Assembly (NCBI GenBank): GCA_963828195.1
Contig: CAWHDT010000007.1
Span: 224,001-288,000, forward strand
Direction: 5' to 3'
Source: Candidatus Bathyarchaeota archaeon
Lineage (GTDB): Archaea; Thermoproteota; Bathyarchaeia; Bathyarchaeales; Bathycorpusculaceae
DNA length: 64,000 nt
Shown: piece after piece, positions 9,405-19,205 of the stretch
Position numbering within the stretch: position 1 is the stretch's first letter
How the letters are laid out: the number at the start of each line of letters is the position of its first letter
Notes under the pieces: model-generated
The model's input: the letters and a program-made list of their open reading frames with translations, nothing else
The model's database searches: none
Told to the model about the DNA's origin: nothing
Made by a program: the position numbers and the translations under genes

Positions 9405-10424
9405 ATGGCAAGCGACTCAGTCATCGAGGTCAAGGACCTGACAAAGGTCTTCGGCAAATTTACAGCAGTGGACAATATATCTTTTGACGTCAAAAAAGGC
9501 GAAATCTTTGGTTTACTTGGACCCAACGGAGCAGGAAAAAGCACAACGTTGCGCATGCTCTCAACACTAGCTAAACCAACCAAGGGAACCGCAAACATAG
9601 GCGGCTACGACATTGTCAAAGAAGACACTCAAGTCCGGAAGCTAATTGGCATTGTTTCCGAGAAAATGATAATGTATAATCGCTTAACCGCCAGAGAGAA
9701 CCTGTGGTTTTTTGGCAGCCTCTTCGACATCCCCAAAGACGTTTTAACTAAGCGCATAGACGAACTTTTTGACTTAGTGCAGTTGACCCAGTGGAAAAAC
9801 TCTCAGGTCGGCACGTTTTCAACTGGTATGCGCCAAAGAATGAACGTTATTCGAGCCTTGCTTAACTTGCCTCAGGTGCTGTTTTTGGATGAGCCAACCC
9901 TCGGGTTAGATCCTCAGTCCTCAGTTGAAATCCGAGAATTTATCCGGAAACTGAATAGGGAAAACGGCACAACAGTTGTCTTGACGACTCACATGATGGT
10001 TGACGCTGATTTGCTGTGTGACCGCATAGCCATTGTTGACCACGGAAAAATTGTTGCTTTAGACACGTCCCCAAACTTGAAAAAAACCATAACTGGAGCG
10101 GATACATCCATAATAAAATTAACCATACCTAATCTCAACCCCGACCTCTTAGCAAAACTTCAGGCGCTTGAATGCGCAGATGCCGTTACCCAAGAGAGCC
10201 CAAACGAACTAAAAGTTTTGGTGCATGGAAACGAAGCCTTTGACAACATCATAGATTCCATAAGGACAAACGGTGGAAAAATAAGTTCCATGGAGAATCT
10301 GCAACCAACCCTTGAAGACGTGTTTCTGCACATTACTGGTCATCAGGTAAGAGATAGCGCGACCGAGAAAATTCCTATGGAGCATAGGCGTTTTGGTCAA
10401 CAAGCGCAAAGCAGGATTAGGTGA
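9405..10424 (+). CDS. ABC-2 (DrrA-like) exporter ATP-binding protein
   Basis: GPNGAGKST Walker A, FSTGMRQR signature, LFLDEPTLGLD Walker B, C-terminal PTLEDVFL. Confidence 0.93.
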   Translation: MASDSVIEVKDLTKVFGKFTAVDNISFDVKKGEIFGLLGPNGAGKSTTLRMLSTLAKPTKGTANIGGYDIVKEDTQVRKLIGIVSEKMIMYNRLTARENLWFFGSLFDIPKDVLTKRIDELFDLVQLTQWKNSQVGTFSTGMRQRMNVIRALLNLPQVLFLDEPTLGLDPQSSVEIREFIRKLNRENGTTVVLTTHMMVDADLLCDRIAIVDHGKIVALDTSPNLKKTITGADTSIIKLTIPNLNPDLLAKLQALECADAVTQESPNELKVLVHGNEAFDNIIDSIRTNGGKISSMENLQPTLEDVFLHITGHQVRDSATEKIPMEHRRFGQQAQSRIR

Positions 10425-10429
10425 TTAAC

Positions 10430-11617
10430 ATGACTGCAAAATCTTTAATTTCGCATACTGCCAGAATCGCGTGGAAAGACCTAACTGAACTATTTAGAAA
10501 CAGACTCGGCTTGGTTCTGCTTATCGTGATGCCACTATTCATGATGGTTATGGTCGGCTTTATTTATCCGTCCGGCAATGTCTCGCCAAACAGCATGCCT
10601 TTTGGTGTGGTGAATCAAGATTCAGGCTTTAACAATAGCACTATTCCAAGCCAAACTTTCATCACGGGCTTTCAAATAATGAACAACCAAACACACATGC
10701 TGACTCTTTCCCAAAGTTCAAGCCTAGCTGACGTTAAGAGCGAGATTCAAAAGGGCACAATAGATGGCGCCGTAATTATACCTAGCAATTTCTCTGCAAG
10801 CGTCCTGAGCGGTGAACAGGGAACGCTGATTGTATTAACTGACCAGTCTAACCCAACCGTATCATCAGAGTTGCAGGCAGCTGTCTCCGCCGAAATTAAC
10901 AGTTTAGGCACACAGCTTGCAGAGCAAAGAGTTCAAAACCTATCTTCAAATGTAACCGCGAATAGTTCACTCGCCATCGTCCAACCATACACTGTTCCAG
11001 CCCCCGCAAGTGAGAGCTACTTTAGCTTCATTGCTCCTGGAATGGTTATGTTGACGGTTATGATGAGCGTTATGACGGGGCTGCCTGTTGCGATATCTCA
11101 GGAGAGAGAAGTCGGCACAATGGACGGCATGATGGTTGCTCCAATCAACCGGTTATCCATCATCTTAGGAAAAGCTTTAGGCCAGACGGGGCGCGGGTTA
11201 ATTCAAGGCGTCATAGTGATGGCTTTGGCTCTAGGGCTATTTGGCGTCGTGATACATGGAAGCATGCTCCTAGTTGTTGCTTTGCTGCTGCTAGGCGTAT
11301 TCTCGTTCGTCGGCTTAGGCATCGTTTTAACGTCCCTCGCTAAGGATCAGGAAACAGCGCAGATGATGATGATGACACTGATGTTCCCAATGATGTTCCT
11401 CAGCGGCGTGATGTTCCCGCTACAGCAGATGCCCTGGTACATGCAGGACATAGCAAAATTCCTCCCGTTAACGTATGCTGCGGATGCTATGCGAAAAGTA
11501 ATGGTGCTGGGCGCCGGAGTAGGCGACATCTCTTCAGACCTGATAATCCTGATAGCGTTCGGCGTAATCATGATTGCAATCGCGGTCCCGCTGTTCAGAC
11601 GAATGATGACGAGGTAA
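10430..11617 (+). CDS. ABC-2 type exporter permease
   Basis: N-terminal TM, extracellular loop, further TMs with EREVGT and FLSGVMFP..MP..LPLTY motifs. Confidence 0.92.
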   Translation: MTAKSLISHTARIAWKDLTELFRNRLGLVLLIVMPLFMMVMVGFIYPSGNVSPNSMPFGVVNQDSGFNNSTIPSQTFITGFQIMNNQTHMLTLSQSSSLADVKSEIQKGTIDGAVIIPSNFSASVLSGEQGTLIVLTDQSNPTVSSELQAAVSAEINSLGTQLAEQRVQNLSSNVTANSSLAIVQPYTVPAPASESYFSFIAPGMVMLTVMMSVMTGLPVAISQEREVGTMDGMMVAPINRLSIILGKALGQTGRGLIQGVIVMALALGLFGVVIHGSMLLVVALLLLGVFSFVGLGIVLTSLAKDQETAQMMMMTLMFPMMFLSGVMFPLQQMPWYMQDIAKFLPLTYAADAMRKVMVLGAGVGDISSDLIILIAFGVIMIAIAVPLFRRMMTR

Positions 11618-11631
11618 GCGGAGGCACAGAC

Positions 11632-11784
11632 ACGAGTACCCTTTGCTCCAAATGCCCTTTCTTTCAACTTGCCCCACTGATAAAACGCAAGAACGCGCGT
11701 AAACGCTGCCGCATCGAACCCCAAAGGCAACTGCGAATCTACGAATGCAAAGACTACCCCAAAAAACACTTTTTCGGCAAGTAA
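11632..11784 (+). CDS. Small Cys-rich protein (50 aa), putative ACG start
   Basis: GGAGG at 11620-11624, then ACG AGT ACC CTT TGC TCC AAA TGC: (M)STLCSKCPFFQLAPLIKRKNARKRCRIEPQRQLRIYECKDYPKKHFFGK*. Confidence 0.45.
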   Translation, partial: TSTLCSKCPFFQLAPLIKRKNARKRCRIEPQRQLRIYECKDYPKKHFFGK

Positions 11785-11892
11785 ACCGGGCCATTTCCCA
11801 CTTTTAATTCTTTATCGATGGCTAGTTTAGGTGACTGTTCCCGTTACGGTTTTATATTCAGCAGACATACAACTGAAAGAAGAGAAAGAGCT

Positions 11893-13335
11893 ATGTCAGA
11901 TACTGGAGTAACTGTAAAGAAAAATGAGGATTTCTCCGAATGGTACGTTCAAGTGGTTCAGAAAGCTGAACTTGCAGATTACGCGCCTGTTAAAGGCTGC
12001 ATGATAATTCGCCCAGACGCCTACGCAGTTTGGGAAAAGATTCAAGAAATTCTCAATAAGAAAATCAAGGCGACTGGCGTTCGCAACGTATATTTTCCAA
12101 TGTTTATTCCAGAGGCATTCCTCAAAAAAGAAGCTGAACACTTCGCCGGTTTCACCCCTGAAGTTGCATGGATCACTCAGGGCGGAGACACGCCGCTTGA
12201 AGAGAAACTTGCTGTGCGGCCAACAAGCGAAACCATAATGTACGACACGTTTAACAAGTGGATTCGCAGCTGGCGAGATCTGCCAGTTAAAATTAATCAG
12301 TGGTGCAACATTGTAAGGTGGGAAACTAAAGCTACCAAGCTGTTTTTGCGGACACGCGAGTTTCTTTGGCAGGAAGGCCACACCGCGCACGCATCGAGCG
12401 AAGAAGCTGAAGCCGAAGTCCTATATGCGTTGGGCGAGTACAAAGACATAATTGAGAATTACCTTGCTATCCCAGTTTTGGTCGGCACAAAAAGTGACAG
12501 TGAAAAGTTTGCCGGCGCCCTCTACACGACTGCTTTGGAGTCAATTATGCCTGATGGAAAAGCCCTGCAGATGGGAACCAGCCACAACTTAGGCCAGCAT
12601 TTCGCTAAGGTATTTGACATAAAATACATCGGCGAAGATAAATTGGACCATTATGTCTGGCAGACCAGTTGGGGCATCACTACGCGGCTCATCGGCGCAA
12701 TGGTTATGGTTCACGGCGACGACAAAGGCTTAATCATGCCGCCTAAAGTGGCGCCTGTTCAGGTTGTTATTGTTCCAATTCTCTTTAAAAAGGCAGAAAC
12801 AGAGGCGATAGCGTCTAAAACCAAAGAAGTAGCTGAAACCCTCAAAGCCAAGGGATTTAGCGTCATTTTAGATGACAGAGAAGAGTACACGCCAGGCTGG
12901 AAATTTAACCAGTGGGAACTCAAAGGCGTCCCAGTCAGAATCGAGCTGGGTCCACGCGACCTCAAGCAGGGACAAGTCGTCATGGTTAGGCGGGACACAG
13001 GTCAAAAAACGCCGGTAAAAGAAGCAGACATACCCGCTGCAACAGAGAAACTCCTCGCGGAAATTCAAGACAACCTCTTTGCCAAAGCCAAAGCTCTGAT
13101 GCAGGAAAAAACCACTGCCGTGCAAACCTATGAGGAATTCAAGTCGGTTCTCTGTGACAAAGGCGGCTTCGTCAAGGCGGCTTGGTGCGGCAGCGCCGAG
13201 GATGAAGCAAAAATCAAAGATGAAACAGGCGCAACAATTAGAGTTCGACCTTTCCAAACAGAAGTATCTGCGGCACCCTGCGTTTACTGCGGGAAAGAAG
13301 CTAAGGAAACGGTGTATTTTGCAAGGTCATACTGA
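11893..13335 (+). CDS. proS: Proline--tRNA ligase (archaeal/eukaryotic type)
   Basis: RPTSETIMY, QWCNIVRWE, FLRTREFLWQEGHT, GTSHNLGQHF, C-terminal YFARSY. Confidence 0.97.
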   Translation: MSDTGVTVKKNEDFSEWYVQVVQKAELADYAPVKGCMIIRPDAYAVWEKIQEILNKKIKATGVRNVYFPMFIPEAFLKKEAEHFAGFTPEVAWITQGGDTPLEEKLAVRPTSETIMYDTFNKWIRSWRDLPVKINQWCNIVRWETKATKLFLRTREFLWQEGHTAHASSEEAEAEVLYALGEYKDIIENYLAIPVLVGTKSDSEKFAGALYTTALESIMPDGKALQMGTSHNLGQHFAKVFDIKYIGEDKLDHYVWQTSWGITTRLIGAMVMVHGDDKGLIMPPKVAPVQVVIVPILFKKAETEAIASKTKEVAETLKAKGFSVILDDREEYTPGWKFNQWELKGVPVRIELGPRDLKQGQVVMVRRDTGQKTPVKEADIPAATEKLLAEIQDNLFAKAKALMQEKTTAVQTYEEFKSVLCDKGGFVKAAWCGSAEDEAKIKDETGATIRVRPFQTEVSAAPCVYCGKEAKETVYFARSY

Positions 13336-15175
13336 TAAAAGGCTCGTTTGCCAATTTAACGTATGTCTCAAGCTGCTTAGCTTCTTCAGCTAAACCCAGC
13401 CGCTCCAAAGTCACTTGTGTTGGGACACCATTTTCACTCCAACCCCTCTTCTCATAGTACAGGCTCAGCATCCTCTCGTATTTGTCTAAGTCAAGCACTG
13501 CGCCTTTTAATGCGCCCTGGGTTAAGGGTTCTTTAAACCACCTTTTCGGCGGAACATCCAAATCACGGCTCCATTTTTCTCTGTACTCTCGCACCCAGAA
13601 AGCCCGAATCAAATTGAGAATCCTATCGCCGATTTGGTTTAGCTGCTCTAAAGAAAATTCAACTCCGGTGGCTGCACGCAAGTATTTTTGGTACCATTCA
13701 AGCTCAAACCCGAGTTGGTTGTAGGGGAAACGGCAGATTGTTAATGCTTCAAAGAGCCCGCCGCGGATAAGCTGGGTTTCAATTAGGTGCTCAACTTTTT
13801 CAGCGTTGTAGTTTTCTCTGCCGGCTTTTATTTCCCATGTGATTAGCCAAGCGTCTTTGTGATGGGCGCCAATGGAGCTGGTGCCGTAGGCTAAAGCCAT
13901 GCCTGGAGCTGCGTGGCAATCATAGGCGGAAACCTCCAAGCCTTTAACATGCATGGCCCAGTCGCTTGACCCATTGCCAATTGCCGCGGAAGCATTTCGG
14001 ACGCCTTCAGCTAAAACCGCGCCCAAACCCCGCCTATACGCAACATCCTCAATCAGGGATTTAATCTCCTCAAACTCTCCCCACCGAATCTTCTCCGCAA
14101 TCAATCCTTTCTCGGAGGCTTCCATGGCAAAGCCAAGCACGTTCCCAAGGGAAATGGCGTCAAACCCAAGCTGGTCCGCTATGCGGTTTAAAGTCGCCAC
14201 CTGCTTCAGATTGCCTAAACCGATGTTGGAGCCAAGCATCGTAACGTTTTCGTAATCTAACTCTGAATCTTTTCCTTCGCTGTCTTTGACAACGTTGCCG
14301 CAGGTCATGTTGCACTGGGGACAGCCGCGGTTTGAAGCCTTGATTTTCTCCATGGCAAATCCACCGATTTCTTCAGCCTTATCAAAAATCCCCTGCCTAT
14401 AATTGTAGGTAGGAAGAGCACTGTTCTCCTGTGACCACTCCACCGTTGACATGGTTCCCTGCCGCTTCCAAAAAGCGTAGAGCGGTTTGGTTTGGAGTTC
14501 ACGGTAACCGTCGATTGCTAGCTTCTTCATTCCATCTGGGTCTGCGAGCGGTATCTGCGTTGTGCCTTCAACCACTATGGCTTTTAGGTTTTTGGAGCCC
14601 ATAACAGCGCCCATTCCAGGCCTTCCGCCGGAGCGTCCCTCTTGCGAAACAACAGTTGCAAACTTGACTTTGTTCTCTCCAGCGGGACCAATAGAAACTA
14701 TTCCTGCCGAACGCGAATATTTCTTTACTAGCTGCTCATGAGTTTCAAAAGAGTTCAAGCCCCAAAAATCCTTAGCATCAACAAACTCGCAGGTTTCATC
14801 TTTAATGTTGAGAATCACCGGGGTCTGCGCTTTGCCCTCTATGATGAGAGCGTCGTAACCAGCCCTACGCATCTGCACAGCCGCCATTGTTCCCATGTTT
14901 CCATCGCCGTAGCCGCCGGTTAAGGGGCTTTTTGAGGCGACCACAAGTTTGCCGCTGTTAGGTAAACCAATGCCCGTTAAAGGTCCAGTGGCGAAAATCA
15001 GCTTGTTTTCAGGTGACATGGGGTCGGTTCCCTGTTTAAGGCGGTTCCAAAGGATTTTAGCCGCGAAGCCTCTGCCTCCAAGAAAATTCAAAGCCAATGC
15101 TTCATCATATTTTTCTGGAACTGCCTTACGTTTTGTTAAGTCTATGTTCAGAAAATCGCCTGTCCAACCAAACAT
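13301..15175 (-). CDS. aor: Tungsten-dependent aldehyde:ferredoxin oxidoreductase family protein
   Basis: FLGGRG, SKSPLTG, SIGPAGEN, GRPGMGAVMGSKNLKAI, CPQCNMTC Fe-S motif, ADQLGFDAIS. Confidence 0.93.
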   Translation of the reverse strand: MFGWTGDFLNIDLTKRKAVPEKYDEALALNFLGGRGFAAKILWNRLKQGTDPMSPENKLIFATGPLTGIGLPNSGKLVVASKSPLTGGYGDGNMGTMAAVQMRRAGYDALIIEGKAQTPVILNIKDETCEFVDAKDFWGLNSFETHEQLVKKYSRSAGIVSIGPAGENKVKFATVVSQEGRSGGRPGMGAVMGSKNLKAIVVEGTTQIPLADPDGMKKLAIDGYRELQTKPLYAFWKRQGTMSTVEWSQENSALPTYNYRQGIFDKAEEIGGFAMEKIKASNRGCPQCNMTCGNVVKDSEGKDSELDYENVTMLGSNIGLGNLKQVATLNRIADQLGFDAISLGNVLGFAMEASEKGLIAEKIRWGEFEEIKSLIEDVAYRRGLGAVLAEGVRNASAAIGNGSSDWAMHVKGLEVSAYDCHAAPGMALAYGTSSIGAHHKDAWLITWEIKAGRENYNAEKVEHLIETQLIRGGLFEALTICRFPYNQLGFELEWYQKYLRAATGVEFSLEQLNQIGDRILNLIRAFWVREYREKWSRDLDVPPKRWFKEPLTQGALKGAVLDLDKYERMLSLYYEKRGWSENGVPTQVTLERLGLAEEAKQLETYVKLANEPFISMTLQNTPFP

Positions 15176-15429
15176 GCTTTTCACCAAAATCATATGATAT
15201 TCTAGCGTTCATTGAATAAAAATGTGATGAAGAAAAGTCCGTTAAGGCTGGAACTACTGAGTTAATTAAAAGAAATCTGCCTGATTGACTAGCCTTCTGA
15301 TCCGTTCTCTGTCAGGTTCCAGGCTTTTTCGTTCGAGCTTTTAAACGTGCTTGCTCGGTTAGATAGCGTTGTATTTCATCCAAATGCTTTAATAATTGAA
15401 TCAAATTAAATATTACTTAGTTGATTTTT

Positions 15430-15825
15430 ATGGTTTCTTCTGGCAACCCAAAGCTGATATTGGCAGTTTTGTTTGCAGTGGGTTTCATTGTAGGATTTCT
15501 GCTAACTCCATTGGGATTTGAGACGCGCGAGCCAGAGATACGGACCTTGTGGTTCGGAGTGTACTTTGTGGTCGTGGGATTGCTGCTTCCGCTTGTCGGG
15601 TTGGTCTGCGTGTTTCGAAGACCCAGAGTCGCTGGCGTTTTGGGGGTGATCGATGCTGCGTTCATTTTCTTAACCGCGCCCGCTGATCAGGCAAAGTTTT
15701 TCTTCACACTTAGCCCTCCGCCCGCCGTTACGATCGGCGAGTATATTCTCATCATTCTGGGAATCGGATACATACTGTATGGACAGCGAATATACCTCGA
15801 AAACGAACGAATAAAGCACAAATGA
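15430..15825 (+). CDS. Integral membrane protein (about 4 TM), function unknown
   Basis: Four hydrophobic segments. Confidence 0.7.
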   Translation: MVSSGNPKLILAVLFAVGFIVGFLLTPLGFETREPEIRTLWFGVYFVVVGLLLPLVGLVCVFRRPRVAGVLGVIDAAFIFLTAPADQAKFFFTLSPPPAVTIGEYILIILGIGYILYGQRIYLENERIKHK

Positions 15826-15952
15826 TGCTCAATAGGCAAAGACAGCGTAGAAAACTGTGCAAAAAAGAAAATTTTTCCGCTCTCCCTTTCTGTTTTTTGT
15901 TAGGAAGATTTATTTTTTGGTTAGCAAGTGTTTGGGTAACAGGTAACTTAAC

Positions 15953-17158
15953 TTGGGCATCAAAGTAACCAACAGGGCATCAAACATCGAGTATGCGATA
16001 CGAGACGTCATTCAACACACGACGCAGCTTGTGAAAGACGGCAAAAAAATCTACTACCTAAACATCGGTGACCCAGCAGCTTTTGATTTTAAAACCCCGC
16101 AGAACGTCAAAGATGCCCTGTGCAAAGCGGTGCAGAAAGATGATAATTACTATTCGCCCTCAGAAGGCAGATTAGACCTCAGAGAAGCAATCGTCCGCAA
16201 AGAGAAAAAAGTCAACAACGTGGACATCACCCCCGACCAAGTGCTGGTGACCGAGGGCATCTCTGAAGGAATACAAATGATTCTTGGCGCCCTCGTTGAG
16301 AAAGGGGACGAAATTCTCTTTCCAGGCCCAACTTACCCACCATACATTTCCTATACACGTTTTTTCGACGGTACACCTATCTCCTATGAAACCATTGAAG
16401 AACACGGTTGGCATCCAAACATCGATGACCTGAGAAGCAAAATCTCTAAGAAAACACGCGCCATCGTAATCATTAACCCGAATAATCCGACAGGTTCAGT
16501 TTACGATAGAAAAACGATAAAGGAGATTTTGGATATCGCAGGCGAACATAACCTGCCCGTGCTGACTGATGAAATTTACGACCAATTAACCTACGAGAAA
16601 GAATTCGTCAGCGCTGCACACGTCTCCAAAGATGTGCCCGTGATCGGGTTAAACGGCTTCTCCAAAGTTTACTCCATGACGGGTTTGCGCTTGGGCTACA
16701 TGTACTTTAAAGGCGAAGGTAAACAGCTTGAGACGCTTAAGGCAGGTGTAGAAAAAGAATGCAGAATCCGCATTTGCGCCAATACCCCTGTACAGATAGC
16801 TGCAACGGCAGCGCTCAACGGACCCCAAGACTGCATCAAAGACATCGTTGACCGCCTAAGGCAGCGCCGAGACTTCTCTTGGAAACGCCTAAACGAAATC
16901 GAAGGCATAAGCACCACCAAACCCGAAGGCGCATTCTACATATTCCCAAAAATCCAAGGCATCGGCACAAGATGGAAAACCGACATGGACTTCGTCGTGC
17001 AGCTCCTAAAAGCAACAGGCGTACTCATCGTCAACGGCTCAGGCTTTGACCCAGTCTACGGAAAAGGACACGCAAGAATAGTCTTCTTACCGCCCATAGC
17101 CGAGCTGGAGCAGGCGTATAATGCCCTGGAAGAGTTCATGAAGCAAAAAAAACCATAG
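15953..17158 (+). CDS. PLP-dependent aminotransferase class I/II (alanine aminotransferase-like)
   Basis: LNIGDP, INPNNPTG, DEIYD, NGFSKVYSMTGLRLGY (PLP Lys). Confidence 0.92.
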   Translation: MGIKVTNRASNIEYAIRDVIQHTTQLVKDGKKIYYLNIGDPAAFDFKTPQNVKDALCKAVQKDDNYYSPSEGRLDLREAIVRKEKKVNNVDITPDQVLVTEGISEGIQMILGALVEKGDEILFPGPTYPPYISYTRFFDGTPISYETIEEHGWHPNIDDLRSKISKKTRAIVIINPNNPTGSVYDRKTIKEILDIAGEHNLPVLTDEIYDQLTYEKEFVSAAHVSKDVPVIGLNGFSKVYSMTGLRLGYMYFKGEGKQLETLKAGVEKECRIRICANTPVQIAATAALNGPQDCIKDIVDRLRQRRDFSWKRLNEIEGISTTKPEGAFYIFPKIQGIGTRWKTDMDFVVQLLKATGVLIVNGSGFDPVYGKGHARIVFLPPIAELEQAYNALEEFMKQKKP

Positions 17159-17448
17159 CAGAAAACCACGAACCGCGGGGTAAGTTCTAATGAAATTAAG
17201 GCTCAGTTCGGCGGAAGCTGTCTGTGTAGCAAGTAAACGGAATTATAATTCTCTATTTGGCAACACTCTTGAGAAATGTTCGTTTTACCCAATTTATTCG
17301 GAAACTCGATACTGCAGCATAAATCTCTGCCAAATCTTAAATATCAAATTGTCCAGATATACTACGTTAATAAAATCAATAATCAAAAAGAAAATAGTCA
17401 AATTGCACTTTAATTATCTAATACAAAAACAAAAGAAGGTATGAAGGT

Positions 17449-18012
17449 ATCACTAAAGCAAGGATTATAGTTGATGGGATGGTTCAGGGTTCAGGGTATC
17501 GGGCTCTTGTAAAATCCTACGCTAATAGAAGGGGTATAAGTGGATTAGTAAGGAACCTGAATGATGGGAAAGTCGAGATTTTCTGTGAAGGCGCAAAAAA
17601 TAGCATTGAACAATTAATGAAAGACATTGATGTTAAAGGAAGCGTTTCTAATCCTCTCAGTTTAAATGTTGATAAAATCAGCGTCCACTGGGAAGAAGAA
17701 AAAGGATTCGAGGAATCTTGGAAGCCCTATGTTGGATTTGAGATGGATTATGGACCAGGGCAACTTACTCAGTTTGAAAAAGAAAACTTAGACTCGCTTG
17801 AATGGGCAAAACTTCGATTTTCAACACTTGAAAGAGGTATCTATTCTTTTAGAGACGAAACCAGCGAAAATTTCAATCTTATGGCTAACAAATACGGAAG
17901 CATCTCGACAGATGTCAACGCAACAAAACAAGAAATAAAAAAATCACTAGACGAATTGCCCGACCGTATGGGAAAATCGCTCACAGAACACCTCAAAAAA
18001 CTAATAAAATAG
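17449..18012 (+). CDS. Acylphosphatase-domain protein with C-terminal helical extension; start uncertain
   Basis: In-frame ITKARIIVDGMVQGSGYR..GLVRNLNDGKVEIFCEG; homology begins upstream of ATG 17479. Confidence 0.75.
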   Translation: MTKARIIVDGMVQGSGYRALVKSYANRRGISGLVRNLNDGKVEIFCEGAKNSIEQLMKDIDVKGSVSNPLSLNVDKISVHWEEEKGFEESWKPYVGFEMDYGPGQLTQFEKENLDSLEWAKLRFSTLERGIYSFRDETSENFNLMANKYGSISTDVNATKQEIKKSLDELPDRMGKSLTEHLKKLIK

Positions 18013-18238
18013 TTATTAATCCAACATAGATGTACATAGTATTATCCAAACGAATAGCTCTCATTATAAAAATCAACCCGAAACAAGCCCAGATTTTTTG
18101 AGCCACCTTCCTGCAGGAGACCCTACTATTTGTGACAAAATCATCCACAAAAAGCACACAGATTAAGTCGCAGAGCTCTCTCCTCACCACTTACAAATAG
18201 ACTATCTAAAGTTAAAAGTAAACTAAAAGAAAAAGGGG

Positions 18239-19123
18239 TTAGATTTTTGTGCCCTGCGACGGATCTTCGATTACTTTCTGGAACTCCGCCATCAGCTGCT
18301 TCGTGATTGGTCCGGGTTTACCTGTGCCGATTTTGCGTTTGTTGACTTCGCGTATAGGCACCATCTCCATCGCGGTTCCCGTGAAGAATGCTTCGTCAGC
18401 GGTGAACAACATAAAAGGGGTTATGTTTGTTACCGTCAACTTTAAGCCGAGCTTCGCAGCGATTTTCTCTGTGACTTCAGCGGTGATTCCCGCAAGCGCG
18501 CCCGTTGATGTGGGTGGGGTCAATAACTCGCCGTTTTTCACGATGAAAACGTTTTCGCCGACGCCTTCAGCGACGTAACCGTTGTTTTCCAAGCACATGG
18601 CTTCGTCCACGCCGTTCACATTTGCCTCAATCTTTGCCAAAACGCTGTTTAGATAGTTGAGCGATTTTATTTCGTGCGAGGTTGCGTCCACGGGGTTGCG
18701 TCTTACCCACGAGAACATTGTGGTGATTCCGTTTTCTTTCGCGCCGGTTGCATGCAGGAAGATTTTGTCTGTTATGATGATTACTGAGGGTTTGGGGCAT
18801 TTGCGCGGGTCCAATCCAAGGTCACCGACTCCTCGGGTAACTACTAGGCGTATGTAGGAGTCTTTGAGCTTGTTTTTGCGCAGGGTTTCAACGACGGCTC
18901 GGGTCATTTCCTCTTTAGTTAAGGGAATCTTGAGCATCAGCACGTGGGCTGACCGGTAGAGGCGGTCAATGTGCTCTTTAAGTTTGAAGACTACGCAGTT
19001 GTACTCGCGGATTCCCTCGAAAACGCCGTCCCCGTAGAGGAGTCCATGGTCAAACACGGATATTTTAGCCTCTGACTTAGGATAGTATTTGCCGTCGATG
19101 TAGACTTCGAGTTCACTGCTCAT
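18239..19123 (-). CDS. ilvE: Branched-chain amino acid aminotransferase
   Basis: DHGLLYGDGVFEGIR, IKSLNYLNS, EGVGENVF, LAGIT, FFTGTAME. Confidence 0.95.
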   Translation of the reverse strand: MSSELEVYIDGKYYPKSEAKISVFDHGLLYGDGVFEGIREYNCVVFKLKEHIDRLYRSAHVLMLKIPLTKEEMTRAVVETLRKNKLKDSYIRLVVTRGVGDLGLDPRKCPKPSVIIITDKIFLHATGAKENGITTMFSWVRRNPVDATSHEIKSLNYLNSVLAKIEANVNGVDEAMCLENNGYVAEGVGENVFIVKNGELLTPPTSTGALAGITAEVTEKIAAKLGLKLTVTNITPFMLFTADEAFFTGTAMEMVPIREVNKRKIGTGKPGPITKQLMAEFQKVIEDPSQGTKI

Positions 19124-19205
19124 TTGTATTTCACTTCTCATCTGGCTGTTTCATATGTCCAATTATTTGATATAGTTATCCTCAACGATACGCATATTTC
19201 GTTTA

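Noticed and set aside
15223-15300. C/D box sRNA (GTGATGA followed by several CTGA)
   Set aside because: The first guide would be about 27 nt and there is no credible C' box.
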